Positions 56,542 to 64,000 of a stretch of 64,000 nucleotides of DNA are shown here, piece by piece. The notes below the pieces were generated by a model that did no database searches, was not told where the DNA came from, and was given only the letters and a program-made list of their open reading frames with translations. Position numbers and translations under genes: made by a program. The DNA lies in the sequence record OP991903.1, one strand, 5' to 3'. Numbering within the stretch: the stretch's first letter is position 1; the number at the start of each line of letters is the position of its first letter.

Positions 56542-57402
56542 ATGGCAGCAGACCCGTATGACATATTGGCCAAGCGTGCTACCGGTGAACTTCCGTTATC
56601 CATCGGCACGTCCATGGCCATCGAAGCATTGAAAGAACCTGCGGTGTATGAGAAGTACGATACACTGTGGATTAACATTCGTACGCTGTGGCGTAACATC
56701 TACGACGCCATTGAACGCGAAGACCGGGAACGGATGATTAAACCGCCGTCCCCTGCACAAATGGACGCCCACTATCGTCAAATCTGTAAGGCGATGGCGG
56801 ACACCATGAAGGAAGAACTGCAACAGATACGCGGCTTCCTGGACGGTAAGTTGAAAGGGGTACGTGTGTACCACCTGGGGTACAAAGACCTCGCCAAGAA
56901 GTACCCAATGGCGATTCTGCGTGTTCCAACAACCCCGTTGCAACAGCAGTACGCCGACCTGATGGAACGCACACTGGACTACGTGTTAATGGAAGATGCG
57001 GACACGTTAATCGAACAGGATAAAGGAAGCGAACTTCGGGGTGAACAGACCAAGTCGCTGATTATTACCCATTGTCCGGTTGACCTGCTCTCCCGTACCA
57101 AGTTTAACCAGTTGCGTTTACTGGAATCCCATACCGGTGCCATCAAGTCCAAAAGTCAGTGGTCCACCAAACTGACGGAAGGTAAAGAGATGAAGATTGT
57201 TCCTTTCAACTACTTTACTATCCAGGTGTTTGGTGACGGTGGGGTTCACTTCAATCGTTGGGCAATTAAAGCCCGACGTGAACTGCTCGAAGTGGCCACC
57301 TCGGCCAAGTGGACCCCGGTTACCACCATGGAAAAAATCAAGTATAACTTGAAGGGAATGAAGGACCAATTCCTGGCGAAGCAGCTCCAGCGCCTGCTGT
57401 GA
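56542..57402 (+). CDS. Conserved nucleus-block protein, degenerate FEN/5'-3' exonuclease-like fold
   Basis: 286 aa, AAGGAG RBS; LWINIRTL, IITHCPVDL and IQVFGD align loosely with PIN/H3TH motifs. Confidence 0.5.
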   Translation: MAADPYDILAKRATGELPLSIGTSMAIEALKEPAVYEKYDTLWINIRTLWRNIYDAIEREDRERMIKPPSPAQMDAHYRQICKAMADTMKEELQQIRGFLDGKLKGVRVYHLGYKDLAKKYPMAILRVPTTPLQQQYADLMERTLDYVLMEDADTLIEQDKGSELRGEQTKSLIITHCPVDLLSRTKFNQLRLLESHTGAIKSKSQWSTKLTEGKEMKIVPFNYFTIQVFGDGGVHFNRWAIKARRELLEVATSAKWTPVTTMEKIKYNLKGMKDQFLAKQLQRLL

Positions 57403-57470
57403 GACATTTTTTACGAACGGGTCTTATCTAATGTGGACCCCTTATCAAAACCTAAGAAGGCGAATGAACA

Positions 57471-58250
57471 ATGGCTGATAACAAGCTGAACCGACCGACG
57501 CGTTTACTGGATGACTGGAACATGCGTCTGTTCGCGGACCCCCTGAATGGCGGTGACAAACAACCGTTCATGTTCTGGGACTTCCGTTACGAAGAAAACG
57601 GTAAAGTGGCTATCCCGCACATCGGTGTTAACCTGCGCACCGATGATAAAAACAGTCGCATCGACTTCTATACCGACCCGGAAAACCTCCAGATTATTCT
57701 GGACGAGCTTCACGCCATTGCCTCTGGTACCCGTGATTTCTTCAAAGTGGGTAACATGGTGCTGTGGAAGTTCGGTAAGAAGCTGGATAAGAAAGAGCTG
57801 GACGTGTCACTGGTTATCATGCGTGACAACGATGGCGTGTTCTTCGGTCTGGCGCAACAGGGTCGTCCAAGCGTGAAGTTCTACTTCAAGCCGGGTCGTG
57901 ACGTTGTCTACCAGGCGAAAGACGGTTCTATCCTGCCGAACAACGAAGCCTCCATGTTGGTGGCACGTGCGAAAGCGAAAATCTTCGAACGTCAGTTCTT
58001 CCGTCTGATTGACGCCGGTTACATGGACCGCGATGAGGTAAAGGTTGCCTCAGAGAACAAACGCAAGAATGCCTTCTCCGGCCGGAACGGTGGTGGGAAC
58101 GGCGGCCAGGGCGGCGGCGGTTGGGGCAAACCTCAACAGAACCAGCAACAACAAGCTCCTCAACAGCAGGCTACAGGCGGCGGATGGGGCGGCGAAACTG
58201 GTGGTGGTAGCGCCACTGGCGGCGATTTCGATTCCGATATCCCGTTCTGA
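57471..58250 (+). CDS. chmC: Probable ChmC nucleus-associated nucleic-acid-binding protein with Gly/Gln tail ending DFDSDIPF
   Basis: 259 aa; position two genes upstream of the PicA-position gene and directly upstream of the gp68-like gene; disordered G/Q-rich C-terminus. Identity rests on synteny. Confidence 0.55.
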   Translation: MADNKLNRPTRLLDDWNMRLFADPLNGGDKQPFMFWDFRYEENGKVAIPHIGVNLRTDDKNSRIDFYTDPENLQIILDELHAIASGTRDFFKVGNMVLWKFGKKLDKKELDVSLVIMRDNDGVFFGLAQQGRPSVKFYFKPGRDVVYQAKDGSILPNNEASMLVARAKAKIFERQFFRLIDAGYMDRDEVKVASENKRKNAFSGRNGGGNGGQGGGGWGKPQQNQQQQAPQQQATGGGWGGETGGGSATGGDFDSDIPF

Positions 58251-58291
58251 TTCCCTTCGTCTGAGCATGTAGCAAAGACAGCACAGCGATG

Positions 58292-58317
58292 ACCGTCGCG
58301 GCTAAGGCCGCGACGGT
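58292..58317 (+). terminator. GC-rich 11-bp hairpin after chmC-position gene
   Basis: ACCGTCGCGGC-TAAG-GCCGCGACGGT followed by TTATT. Confidence 0.55.
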
Positions 58318-58346
58318 TTATTCCGAATCTTAAAAAGACTCGAGTA

Positions 58347-58362
58347 TATATTACCTAAGTGA
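58347..58362 (+). promoter_or_regulatory. Putative early promoter
   Basis: TATATTACCTAAGTGA upstream of the gp68-like/picA operon. Confidence 0.65.
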
Positions 58363-58410
58363 AGCATTGGCTTTATTGACAATGGTTATACTTTTTAAGG
58401 AGAAGTGTCA

Positions 58411-59958
58411 ATGAGAATCCGCTCTGATGTTGAGCTGCTCGGTGAAACCAAAGCGGTTATAATCGAGCATGGGAGTGAACAGATTGTTTACAACCTTGGG
58501 TACTATTCGAAAATCCGGGCAGGCGACATCAACGATACTTTCCGCGACATTAACAATTATTGGGAATGGCGTGAGAAGATGGGGGATGATGAAACCCGTG
58601 AAGTCTTTGCGTTGTTTAAAGAAGCAGCAGAATCGTTGAATAACACGATTAACCAAACATACCGCTTCCGTGAAGTACGGGACGCGGTGAAAAAATTAAT
58701 GGCATTGCATCCGGTTGACCTGATGTGCCATTGGGTGAAAACGCACAGCGACATCCGTTTCCCGGATACGTTGGCGACCACCCTAAACGATGGACACCGG
58801 GTAGAGCAAACCTACCTGGAACCTGAGTACCATGACTTGACAGCATTGTCGGTGGTACTGAAAGTGATGTTACCTATCTGGGGGGAATACCTCGGGATGC
58901 GTAACTCAATAACCGATACGTTCCCAGAGAAACGAGCGTTGGGGTTAGTGGAACAAACGGTACTGGCTGAGAGCAATGCTTATCAGCGTCTGGAAGAATT
59001 CGTGAGTGCAACGTTGGAGCACAAAGGAATCATTTCCGGCACCAGTACGTTACTGCAAGGGATTGGGACGTTGGACATGCCAGACTGGATGTTCAGTCAA
59101 TGTGTTGTTGACCGTTTGACCCAGATTCGTCTGTCGCACAAAGACGATGACCAGGAGAAGACGGGGAACGTCATTGCGAACTTGTTCAACTACATTGACA
59201 CCCGTGTCAAAGCCGTAGAAGAACGCCAGGGGTTCCGTGTCCGCGATAAAGAGATAGACCGTGGTGGCAAAAACGAAGAGGACAATACATCCACAGCGGA
59301 GAACCATACATTACGTGCTAACGTATCGGAGGTAACAGAAGCCATCTTCGACTTCTATACAGAAGACGACAGGGCGAATGCACTGGCGATAAAGCCGGAC
59401 ATTGACCTGGAGATGGTGCGTCATCAAATCAACATGAACATGGCAAGGAAATCTTTCAACCCGAAAGAGTTTCAGATGCGTCTGGCAGGGTTAATTACCA
59501 AGCCGGTCGTTACGCCACGTTCTTACGGATACATCAACCGAGATGGTACGGTCAAGCTGATGTCGATTGCACAGGTCGTCTGTCATGAGTGGGGGTTCTC
59601 CACCATCGCAGAATTGATTGGCGCAAGCGAAGCTCGACGCCGTGACCCCTCTCTAGGGGACAACAAATTCGGCCGTGTTCAAACCAAAGATTACCAGAAC
59701 TCGGCGCTGGAGAAGTTGCTCCCTTATCGACGTACCGTGAAGCTGAACAAACAAGGTAACCGCACCACGTCTAAGAACCCGGCGGTGATTGCAATTGAAG
59801 CAATCATGGCGGCGTGCTCAGACCACTGCTGGTCACCACAAGTTGTTGATGCTATCCACGATGAATCAGAGATGATTCGCGTCGAAGACAGTTGCTACAT
59901 CGTGCCGATGAATTTCCGCCAGGTGTTAGCAGACTTTTACATTAAACTCAATTCCTAA
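58411..59958 (+). CDS. Non-virion RNAP promoter-specificity subunit (phiKZ gp68-like)
   Basis: ~515 aa, AAGGAG RBS; size and position match gp68; LSVVLKVMLPIWGEY motif. Confidence 0.65.
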   Translation: MRIRSDVELLGETKAVIIEHGSEQIVYNLGYYSKIRAGDINDTFRDINNYWEWREKMGDDETREVFALFKEAAESLNNTINQTYRFREVRDAVKKLMALHPVDLMCHWVKTHSDIRFPDTLATTLNDGHRVEQTYLEPEYHDLTALSVVLKVMLPIWGEYLGMRNSITDTFPEKRALGLVEQTVLAESNAYQRLEEFVSATLEHKGIISGTSTLLQGIGTLDMPDWMFSQCVVDRLTQIRLSHKDDDQEKTGNVIANLFNYIDTRVKAVEERQGFRVRDKEIDRGGKNEEDNTSTAENHTLRANVSEVTEAIFDFYTEDDRANALAIKPDIDLEMVRHQINMNMARKSFNPKEFQMRLAGLITKPVVTPRSYGYINRDGTVKLMSIAQVVCHEWGFSTIAELIGASEARRRDPSLGDNKFGRVQTKDYQNSALEKLLPYRRTVKLNKQGNRTTSKNPAVIAIEAIMAACSDHCWSPQVVDAIHDESEMIRVEDSCYIVPMNFRQVLADFYIKLNS

Positions 59959-59973
59959 TAACGAGGCCTATAA

Positions 59974-61506
59974 ATGGAACCGCGTGTACTCGAAGCAACC
60001 TTCTACGTAACTTCCGGTCAAGAAGACCAGTACGGTCGTCACTACGTCCCGAACCGTCGTTCTGACCATGTACGTGAAACCTTCCTGCGTGAAACCAATG
60101 ACGGACGTAATCTGGATGCCTCCACCTGCGCCCGTGCCGTAGGTGAAATCCTGGAACTGCGTGCCGATGTGGGTCGTAATGACATTATTCAGATTGCCAA
60201 CGGTTGGGATGAAGAACGTCTGGCGTTCATCATCGTGGTCCTGACCGAAGACTACGCAGGGTCTTCCTGCCGCCAGGTACTGACCGGCTTTACTGACAAA
60301 GCTGACCTGTCGTTGTCTGGCGAGATGGACCCGGATACCGTACTGTACATCAACAACACGTTCACCATCCGTGATGAAGAAATTGAAACGGGTCGCGGCC
60401 GTCGTCGTGGTAGCCGTATGGAATCCAGTGAGTACATTATCCGTGGCCGTCGTGCAACGGAACGTAACCTCATTGGCGTACAGAACCATGATACTCTGAT
60501 TCGTCCACAGGACATCTTCTTCCAGAAGTCCGAAGCACAAACCGTGGGACGTTTCGGTGGCGCTGATGCGTACAACGATTCCCGTACGAACCTGTCCGGT
60601 GATTTTAAGACAGCCCGTCGTATCCACAACAACCCAGCGAACTACCTGTCCGATATCATTCGTACCGGTGTAACGGCAGAAACCGTTGACCAGAACGAAC
60701 GCGGTACCCGTCATTCTGACGATAACCGTATGGACGAAGAAATGGAACGTCAGGACGACCTCAACCCGAGCGAACGTGCAGCAGCGATGTTGCGTGGGAC
60801 CGAGTTGCACCGTAATGAACTGTTCCGTAACTTCCTGTCTCGTACCGAATACGAACGCAATGCCGAAATCACATTCTCTGAATTCCAGGACTGTGTTGAC
60901 TGGCCGCGTGATGTACGTGCAATGATGGTAGGCTTCGGCTCTGCTCGTCATACCGACACCAACCGTGTTCGTCGTGGTGATACCAACGAATGGCGTGGCG
61001 CGAACAACGTGACCATGGCCGCTGAGATGATTTCGAAGACCTTACCTGCTCTGGTCATGAACAACTTCATCTCGTCTGCCATCATCGAAATGACCAACGA
61101 AACTCTCGACGGTCAAATTCGTTGCAGCGTTATCAACGCAATGCCGCTGATTCGTGACATGGATATCTCCCGTTACGAACAGGCGCTGGAACTGCGTCTG
61201 GAAACCGACCTGGGTCTGCTGCTGTCTCGTAACAACCAGCTGCCTTTCAACATGTCCGTGAACATCCGTGTTACTACTGACATGCTGATTAAAATCTCCG
61301 TTGACGGTAGTCCAATGGAACCGTTTAACTCACCGGTCTTCTGTGATGGCCTGTTGTCTCCGATGAAAGCAAATGACAGTAGTGTCCTGCAAAACATCGT
61401 GAACGACATGGACGACCTGATTACCGCCGCGATTGACCATAACAGCCGTAGCCGCGACACCCGTCGTGAAGAAACGTCTGCGTCACGCTTCCTGCTCGAT
61501 TTATAA
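59974..61506 (+). CDS. picA: Probable PicA/Imp1 nuclear import factor (phiKZ gp69-like)
   Basis: 510 aa directly downstream of the gp68-like gene; NGWDEERLAF, RPQDIF and PVFCDGLLSP motifs. Identity mainly from synteny. Confidence 0.6.
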   Translation: MEPRVLEATFYVTSGQEDQYGRHYVPNRRSDHVRETFLRETNDGRNLDASTCARAVGEILELRADVGRNDIIQIANGWDEERLAFIIVVLTEDYAGSSCRQVLTGFTDKADLSLSGEMDPDTVLYINNTFTIRDEEIETGRGRRRGSRMESSEYIIRGRRATERNLIGVQNHDTLIRPQDIFFQKSEAQTVGRFGGADAYNDSRTNLSGDFKTARRIHNNPANYLSDIIRTGVTAETVDQNERGTRHSDDNRMDEEMERQDDLNPSERAAAMLRGTELHRNELFRNFLSRTEYERNAEITFSEFQDCVDWPRDVRAMMVGFGSARHTDTNRVRRGDTNEWRGANNVTMAAEMISKTLPALVMNNFISSAIIEMTNETLDGQIRCSVINAMPLIRDMDISRYEQALELRLETDLGLLLSRNNQLPFNMSVNIRVTTDMLIKISVDGSPMEPFNSPVFCDGLLSPMKANDSSVLQNIVNDMDDLITAAIDHNSRSRDTRREETSASRFLLDL

Positions 61507-61520
61507 GGAACCAGTAGAAA

Positions 61521-62879
61521 ATGTCCGATAAAAAGAAACCTATTGCGAAGTTTTACGGTCAAGTCCTTACTGCCATTGGACTGTCAGTTGACGACACCGG
61601 CTTCGTAACGCTGAAACAGGAGGGGGTTAACATCCCCTTCACCATCGAAGGGAAGCAACTGCGTGTCCCAACCGAAGAGTTCCTGGCAGACCCAGACTGG
61701 GATAACTTCTGGGCATTCCATCCGCTGGGTGAGAACCTGATTCGTAAGAAGTCTCTGATTCATGAACGTACCGTGAAGATGGCACAACACCATTTGAACG
61801 GCGCACTGACTGAACTGATTCTGACCATGAGCAAACTGGCGGCGGAAACCGAGCAGCATTCTCAGGTTACCACCGAACAGAAAGGGTTCCTGCGTCTGAT
61901 GGAAGATGCGGACGAGCGCACCTATAAAGGTATCAAAGACGTTCTGTTGAAAAACATGGACGGTGAGGAGAAAGCCCTCATCAACCTGTTCGTGCGTCGT
62001 AACGGTACCTGGAAAGGCGAAGAAGTGGCACGCCTGTGTTCCGTGTCCTTCCCCGTGATGGATGAAGAGTACACCGGCGGTAAAGCCATCTACGGTAAGA
62101 ACCTGGCGCGGGTCTCTGACAAAGAAGCTTTCTTCAAGCTGATTCGCCACATCCTGCCGGGTATCGACGAAGCCGACCTGCATTACAACTACGGGTCGAA
62201 TTCACCGGTGGCTCCAAACTTCCATGCGTTAATGATGGCCTACAGCCGTGTGGCGAAAGACATCAACGCGCAGCTCAAAATCTTTGAGTCCTATAACCCG
62301 GCGCTGAAAGCCTGGATTATCCCGACCAACTGGACGAAAGAGATGTCAATGTTGAACGATTACCGTTTAGACATTCCATCCTCTCTGCCGGGTAACGAAG
62401 GGGAAGCGGACGAAGGGACGCTGAAGGAAGAGAAGGACCGTCTGGCCAAAGAGAAAGGGCGTGAAGAACGTCGTGAACTCCGTGACCAGCACAGCCGTGG
62501 CGGAAACCGTTATACGGACAATCGTGGTAGCCGTGATGAACCTCGCCGTGCCTCTTGGGGTGGCGGACGTCGTGACGAACGTGACGATGACCGTGGTGGA
62601 CGTGGTGGTAACTGGGGCGGACGTGGGCGTGATGACGACCGCGATGACCGCGACAGTCGTTACAGCCGTGACCGTGGTCGCAGCCGTGATGATTACGACG
62701 ACCGCCGTGGTCGTGAACGTGACCGTGACGACCGCTATAGCCGTGACCGCGAAGATGACCGCGGGCGTGGACGCGATGATGCACGTGAAACCACCTCTTC
62801 CGGTATCAGCCGTGACTGGGGTGAATCAGTACGTGATGACCGCAGTCGCGACCGTGGGCGCGGCGGCTGGCGTCGTTAA
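61521..62879 (+). CDS. Conserved nucleus-block protein (phiKZ gp70 position) with ~145-aa R/D-rich tail
   Basis: 452 aa; FWAFHPLGEN motif; tail with RDDRYSRDR and RGRDD repeats. Confidence 0.7.
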   Translation: MSDKKKPIAKFYGQVLTAIGLSVDDTGFVTLKQEGVNIPFTIEGKQLRVPTEEFLADPDWDNFWAFHPLGENLIRKKSLIHERTVKMAQHHLNGALTELILTMSKLAAETEQHSQVTTEQKGFLRLMEDADERTYKGIKDVLLKNMDGEEKALINLFVRRNGTWKGEEVARLCSVSFPVMDEEYTGGKAIYGKNLARVSDKEAFFKLIRHILPGIDEADLHYNYGSNSPVAPNFHALMMAYSRVAKDINAQLKIFESYNPALKAWIIPTNWTKEMSMLNDYRLDIPSSLPGNEGEADEGTLKEEKDRLAKEKGREERRELRDQHSRGGNRYTDNRGSRDEPRRASWGGGRRDERDDDRGGRGGNWGGRGRDDDRDDRDSRYSRDRGRSRDDYDDRRGRERDRDDRYSRDREDDRGRGRDDARETTSSGISRDWGESVRDDRSRDRGRGGWRR

Positions 62880-62883
62880 CAGA

Positions 62884-62920
62884 AAAGAGGGGCTTCGGCC
62901 CCTCTTTCTTTTTTCTTTCT
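62884..62920 (+). terminator. cUUCGg terminator
   Basis: AAAGAGGGGC-TTCG-GCCCCTCTTT plus T-run. Confidence 0.85.
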
Positions 62921-62934
62921 TAGAGGACCCGAAC

Positions 62935-63153
62935 ATGGCAAAAGTACCCAAACCTAACCCGCTAAGGAAATCTCTCGACGACCTGATTAAGCAGGCGGAA
63001 ATTGACGCCAAAGAAATGCACCGGTTGCGCATGGAAACGCACTTGCGTAACGGGTTGGAGAATGGCGTTCCTATAGACAGCCTCTCTGCGGTATTCAATC
63101 TTTCTGTTGAAGAGATTCAACACTTTGAACAACACGGTCAATTAGAGGAATAA
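62935..63153 (+). CDS. Small protein with C-terminal HTH-like motif
   Basis: 72 aa from MAKVPKP (GAGGA RBS); GVPIDSLSAVFNLSVEEIQHF. Confidence 0.6.
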   Translation: MAKVPKPNPLRKSLDDLIKQAEIDAKEMHRLRMETHLRNGLENGVPIDSLSAVFNLSVEEIQHFEQHGQLEE

Positions 63154-63156
63154 CCC

Positions 63157-63489
63157 GTGATTACCATCGAGCTATATTTGACACGCAAGGAAGTGATGGC
63201 TCTAAAAGCAAAAGGGATGACGGACAAGGAAATTGGTCGTCAGCTGGAAGTTGTTCCCTCCCTCATTCCCCAGATACTCTCGAAAGAGGTATTTGTTGAT
63301 TTTCGTTTGAGTTCAACGTCCCCCAAGAAAGGGGATGACTTTGGTGCATTGTTGAAGTCACTGGTTCCGGAAGAACGTGACCGTCAATTACGGGAACTGG
63401 TTTACTGTCGGGTTAAGAAGATGGGGTACCATTTCAGCCAGAAACGGCTGGACCAACTTTACGATACCGCACTCCGAAATGCAGAATAA
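63157..63489 (+). CDS. Small HTH DNA-binding protein
   Basis: GTG start, GAGGA RBS; EVMALKAKGMTDKEIGRQLEVVPSLIPQIL. Confidence 0.6.
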   Translation: MITIELYLTRKEVMALKAKGMTDKEIGRQLEVVPSLIPQILSKEVFVDFRLSSTSPKKGDDFGALLKSLVPEERDRQLRELVYCRVKKMGYHFSQKRLDQLYDTALRNAE

Positions 63490-63491
63490 AA

Positions 63492-63516
63492 GAAGGGCTT
63501 GCGCCCTTCCTTTTTT
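63492..63516. terminator. Bidirectional terminator between convergent genes
   Basis: GAAGGGC-TTGC-GCCCTTC flanked by A- and T-runs. Confidence 0.7.
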
Positions 63517-63543
63517 ACGCCGAGACCACATGGGATGTAGTAT

Positions 63544-63891
63544 TCACCCAATTCCTTTTGCGGTTTTGAACAGCTCCATAACCCGGTCAACCACTGCCGT
63601 TTTCGGTAAGTAGATTGCCTGGTTATCCGCCCCAAATTCTTGCGGTGAGGTCATGTGGTTGGTCCGCAGAATCACGTACCAGTATTGCGGTTGTTTGATT
63701 TCGTGTACGTCTCGCAGATAACCGTAGAAATCAGCTTCGTAACGATGGCGGTCAATATCCGCTACCGTCACTAATTCGGAGTTGGTGGTATCGCGAAACA
63801 GGTACATGTGGTCTTCAATGGTCGCGTACCATGATGGGCGGTAATACCAGGCTGAGCCCGGGTTTACCATGAGGGTGTTAACTTCGGACAT
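63544..63891 (-). CDS. Conserved phiKZ-like small protein, possible LysM/baseplate gp53-like fold
   Basis: 115 aa; RYEADFYGYL...YWYVILRTNHMTSPQEF. Confidence 0.6.
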   Translation of the reverse strand: MSEVNTLMVNPGSAWYYRPSWYATIEDHMYLFRDTTNSELVTVADIDRHRYEADFYGYLRDVHEIKQPQYWYVILRTNHMTSPQEFGADNQAIYLPKTAVVDRVMELFKTAKGIG

Positions 63892-63939
63892 AACGCCACC
63901 TGTTCAACGGATGTGTTTAACCATACGGGAATTAAAGTA

Positions 63940-63955
63940 TATATTACCGTAGTGA
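63940..63955 (+). promoter_or_regulatory. Putative early promoter
   Basis: TATATTACCGTAGTGA. Confidence 0.6.
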
Positions 63956-63982
63956 CAGTGTTCCAATACTAAGGAATTATCA

Positions 63983-64000
63983 ATGAGTACTCTAGCCAAT
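63983..64000 (+). CDS. 5' start of a gene running off the window (MSTLAN...)
   Basis: AAGGA RBS and ATG downstream of the promoter motif; product unknowable here. Confidence 0.45.

Noticed and set aside
59968-60951. 327-aa minus-strand ORF opposite the PicA-position gene (also 50642..52084 opposite chmA)
   Set aside because: Antisense shadow with no RBS or motifs.
62317-62784. His-rich minus-strand ORF and the Val/Thr-rich 5' part of 62461..63153
   Set aside because: Alternate-frame readouts of the R/D micro-repeats; only 62935..63153 has an RBS and plausible protein.
62520-62870. Short tandem DNA repeats (CGTGAC/GACCGT) considered as a CRISPR-like or VNTR array
   Set aside because: Irregular, in-frame codon repeats encoding the RD tail; no constant repeat-spacer period.
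1-64000. tRNA, rRNA, tmRNA, CRISPR arrays, integrase/transposase, group I introns, inteins
   Set aside because: No T-loop GGTTCGAATCC-type or CCA-ended cloverleaf, no periodic repeats and no recombinase motifs seen. Terminase, polymerase and beta' genes are uninterrupted and of expected size. Read by eye; tRNAscan and Infernal were not run.

Overview
This window is 64 kb of a phiKZ-like, nucleus-forming jumbo phage genome (Chimalliviridae-type), identified from protein motifs and gene order, not database searches. Left end (1-19.9 kb): virion and lysis module with three paralogous fibre/baseplate-type proteins, a DUF4376-type fibre assembly protein, a 1292-aa collagen-like fibre ending in two T4-foldon-like motifs, a HAD nucleotidase, an endolysin, tail tube, tail sheath, three structural proteins and the large terminase. 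Middle (20-40 kb): densely packed small accessory genes behind TATATTAC-type promoters, including an ADP-ribosyltransferase-fold protein, a signal-peptide lytic transglycosylase, a CYTH-like protein, DUF4262, RHH/HTH regulators and an AlaRS-like fragment. Right (41-64 kb): the phage-nucleus block of PhuZ tubulin, small acidic ORFs, split family-B DNA polymerase, chimallin (ChmA), non-virion RNAP beta' subunit (NADFDGD), SbcD nuclease, probable ChmC, gp68-like specificity subunit, probable PicA and an RD-rich protein. The most promising undescribed items are a highly structured ~280-nt non-coding RNA candidate after phuZ, a second hairpin array at 27.2-27.4 kb, an SSB-type DIPF tail on the ChmC-position protein, and charged low-complexity or Arg-rich motifs shared by nucleus proteins. 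No tRNA, rRNA, CRISPR array, integrase, transposase, intron or intein was recognised. phiKZ gene-number equivalences are inferred from synteny, size and recalled motifs.
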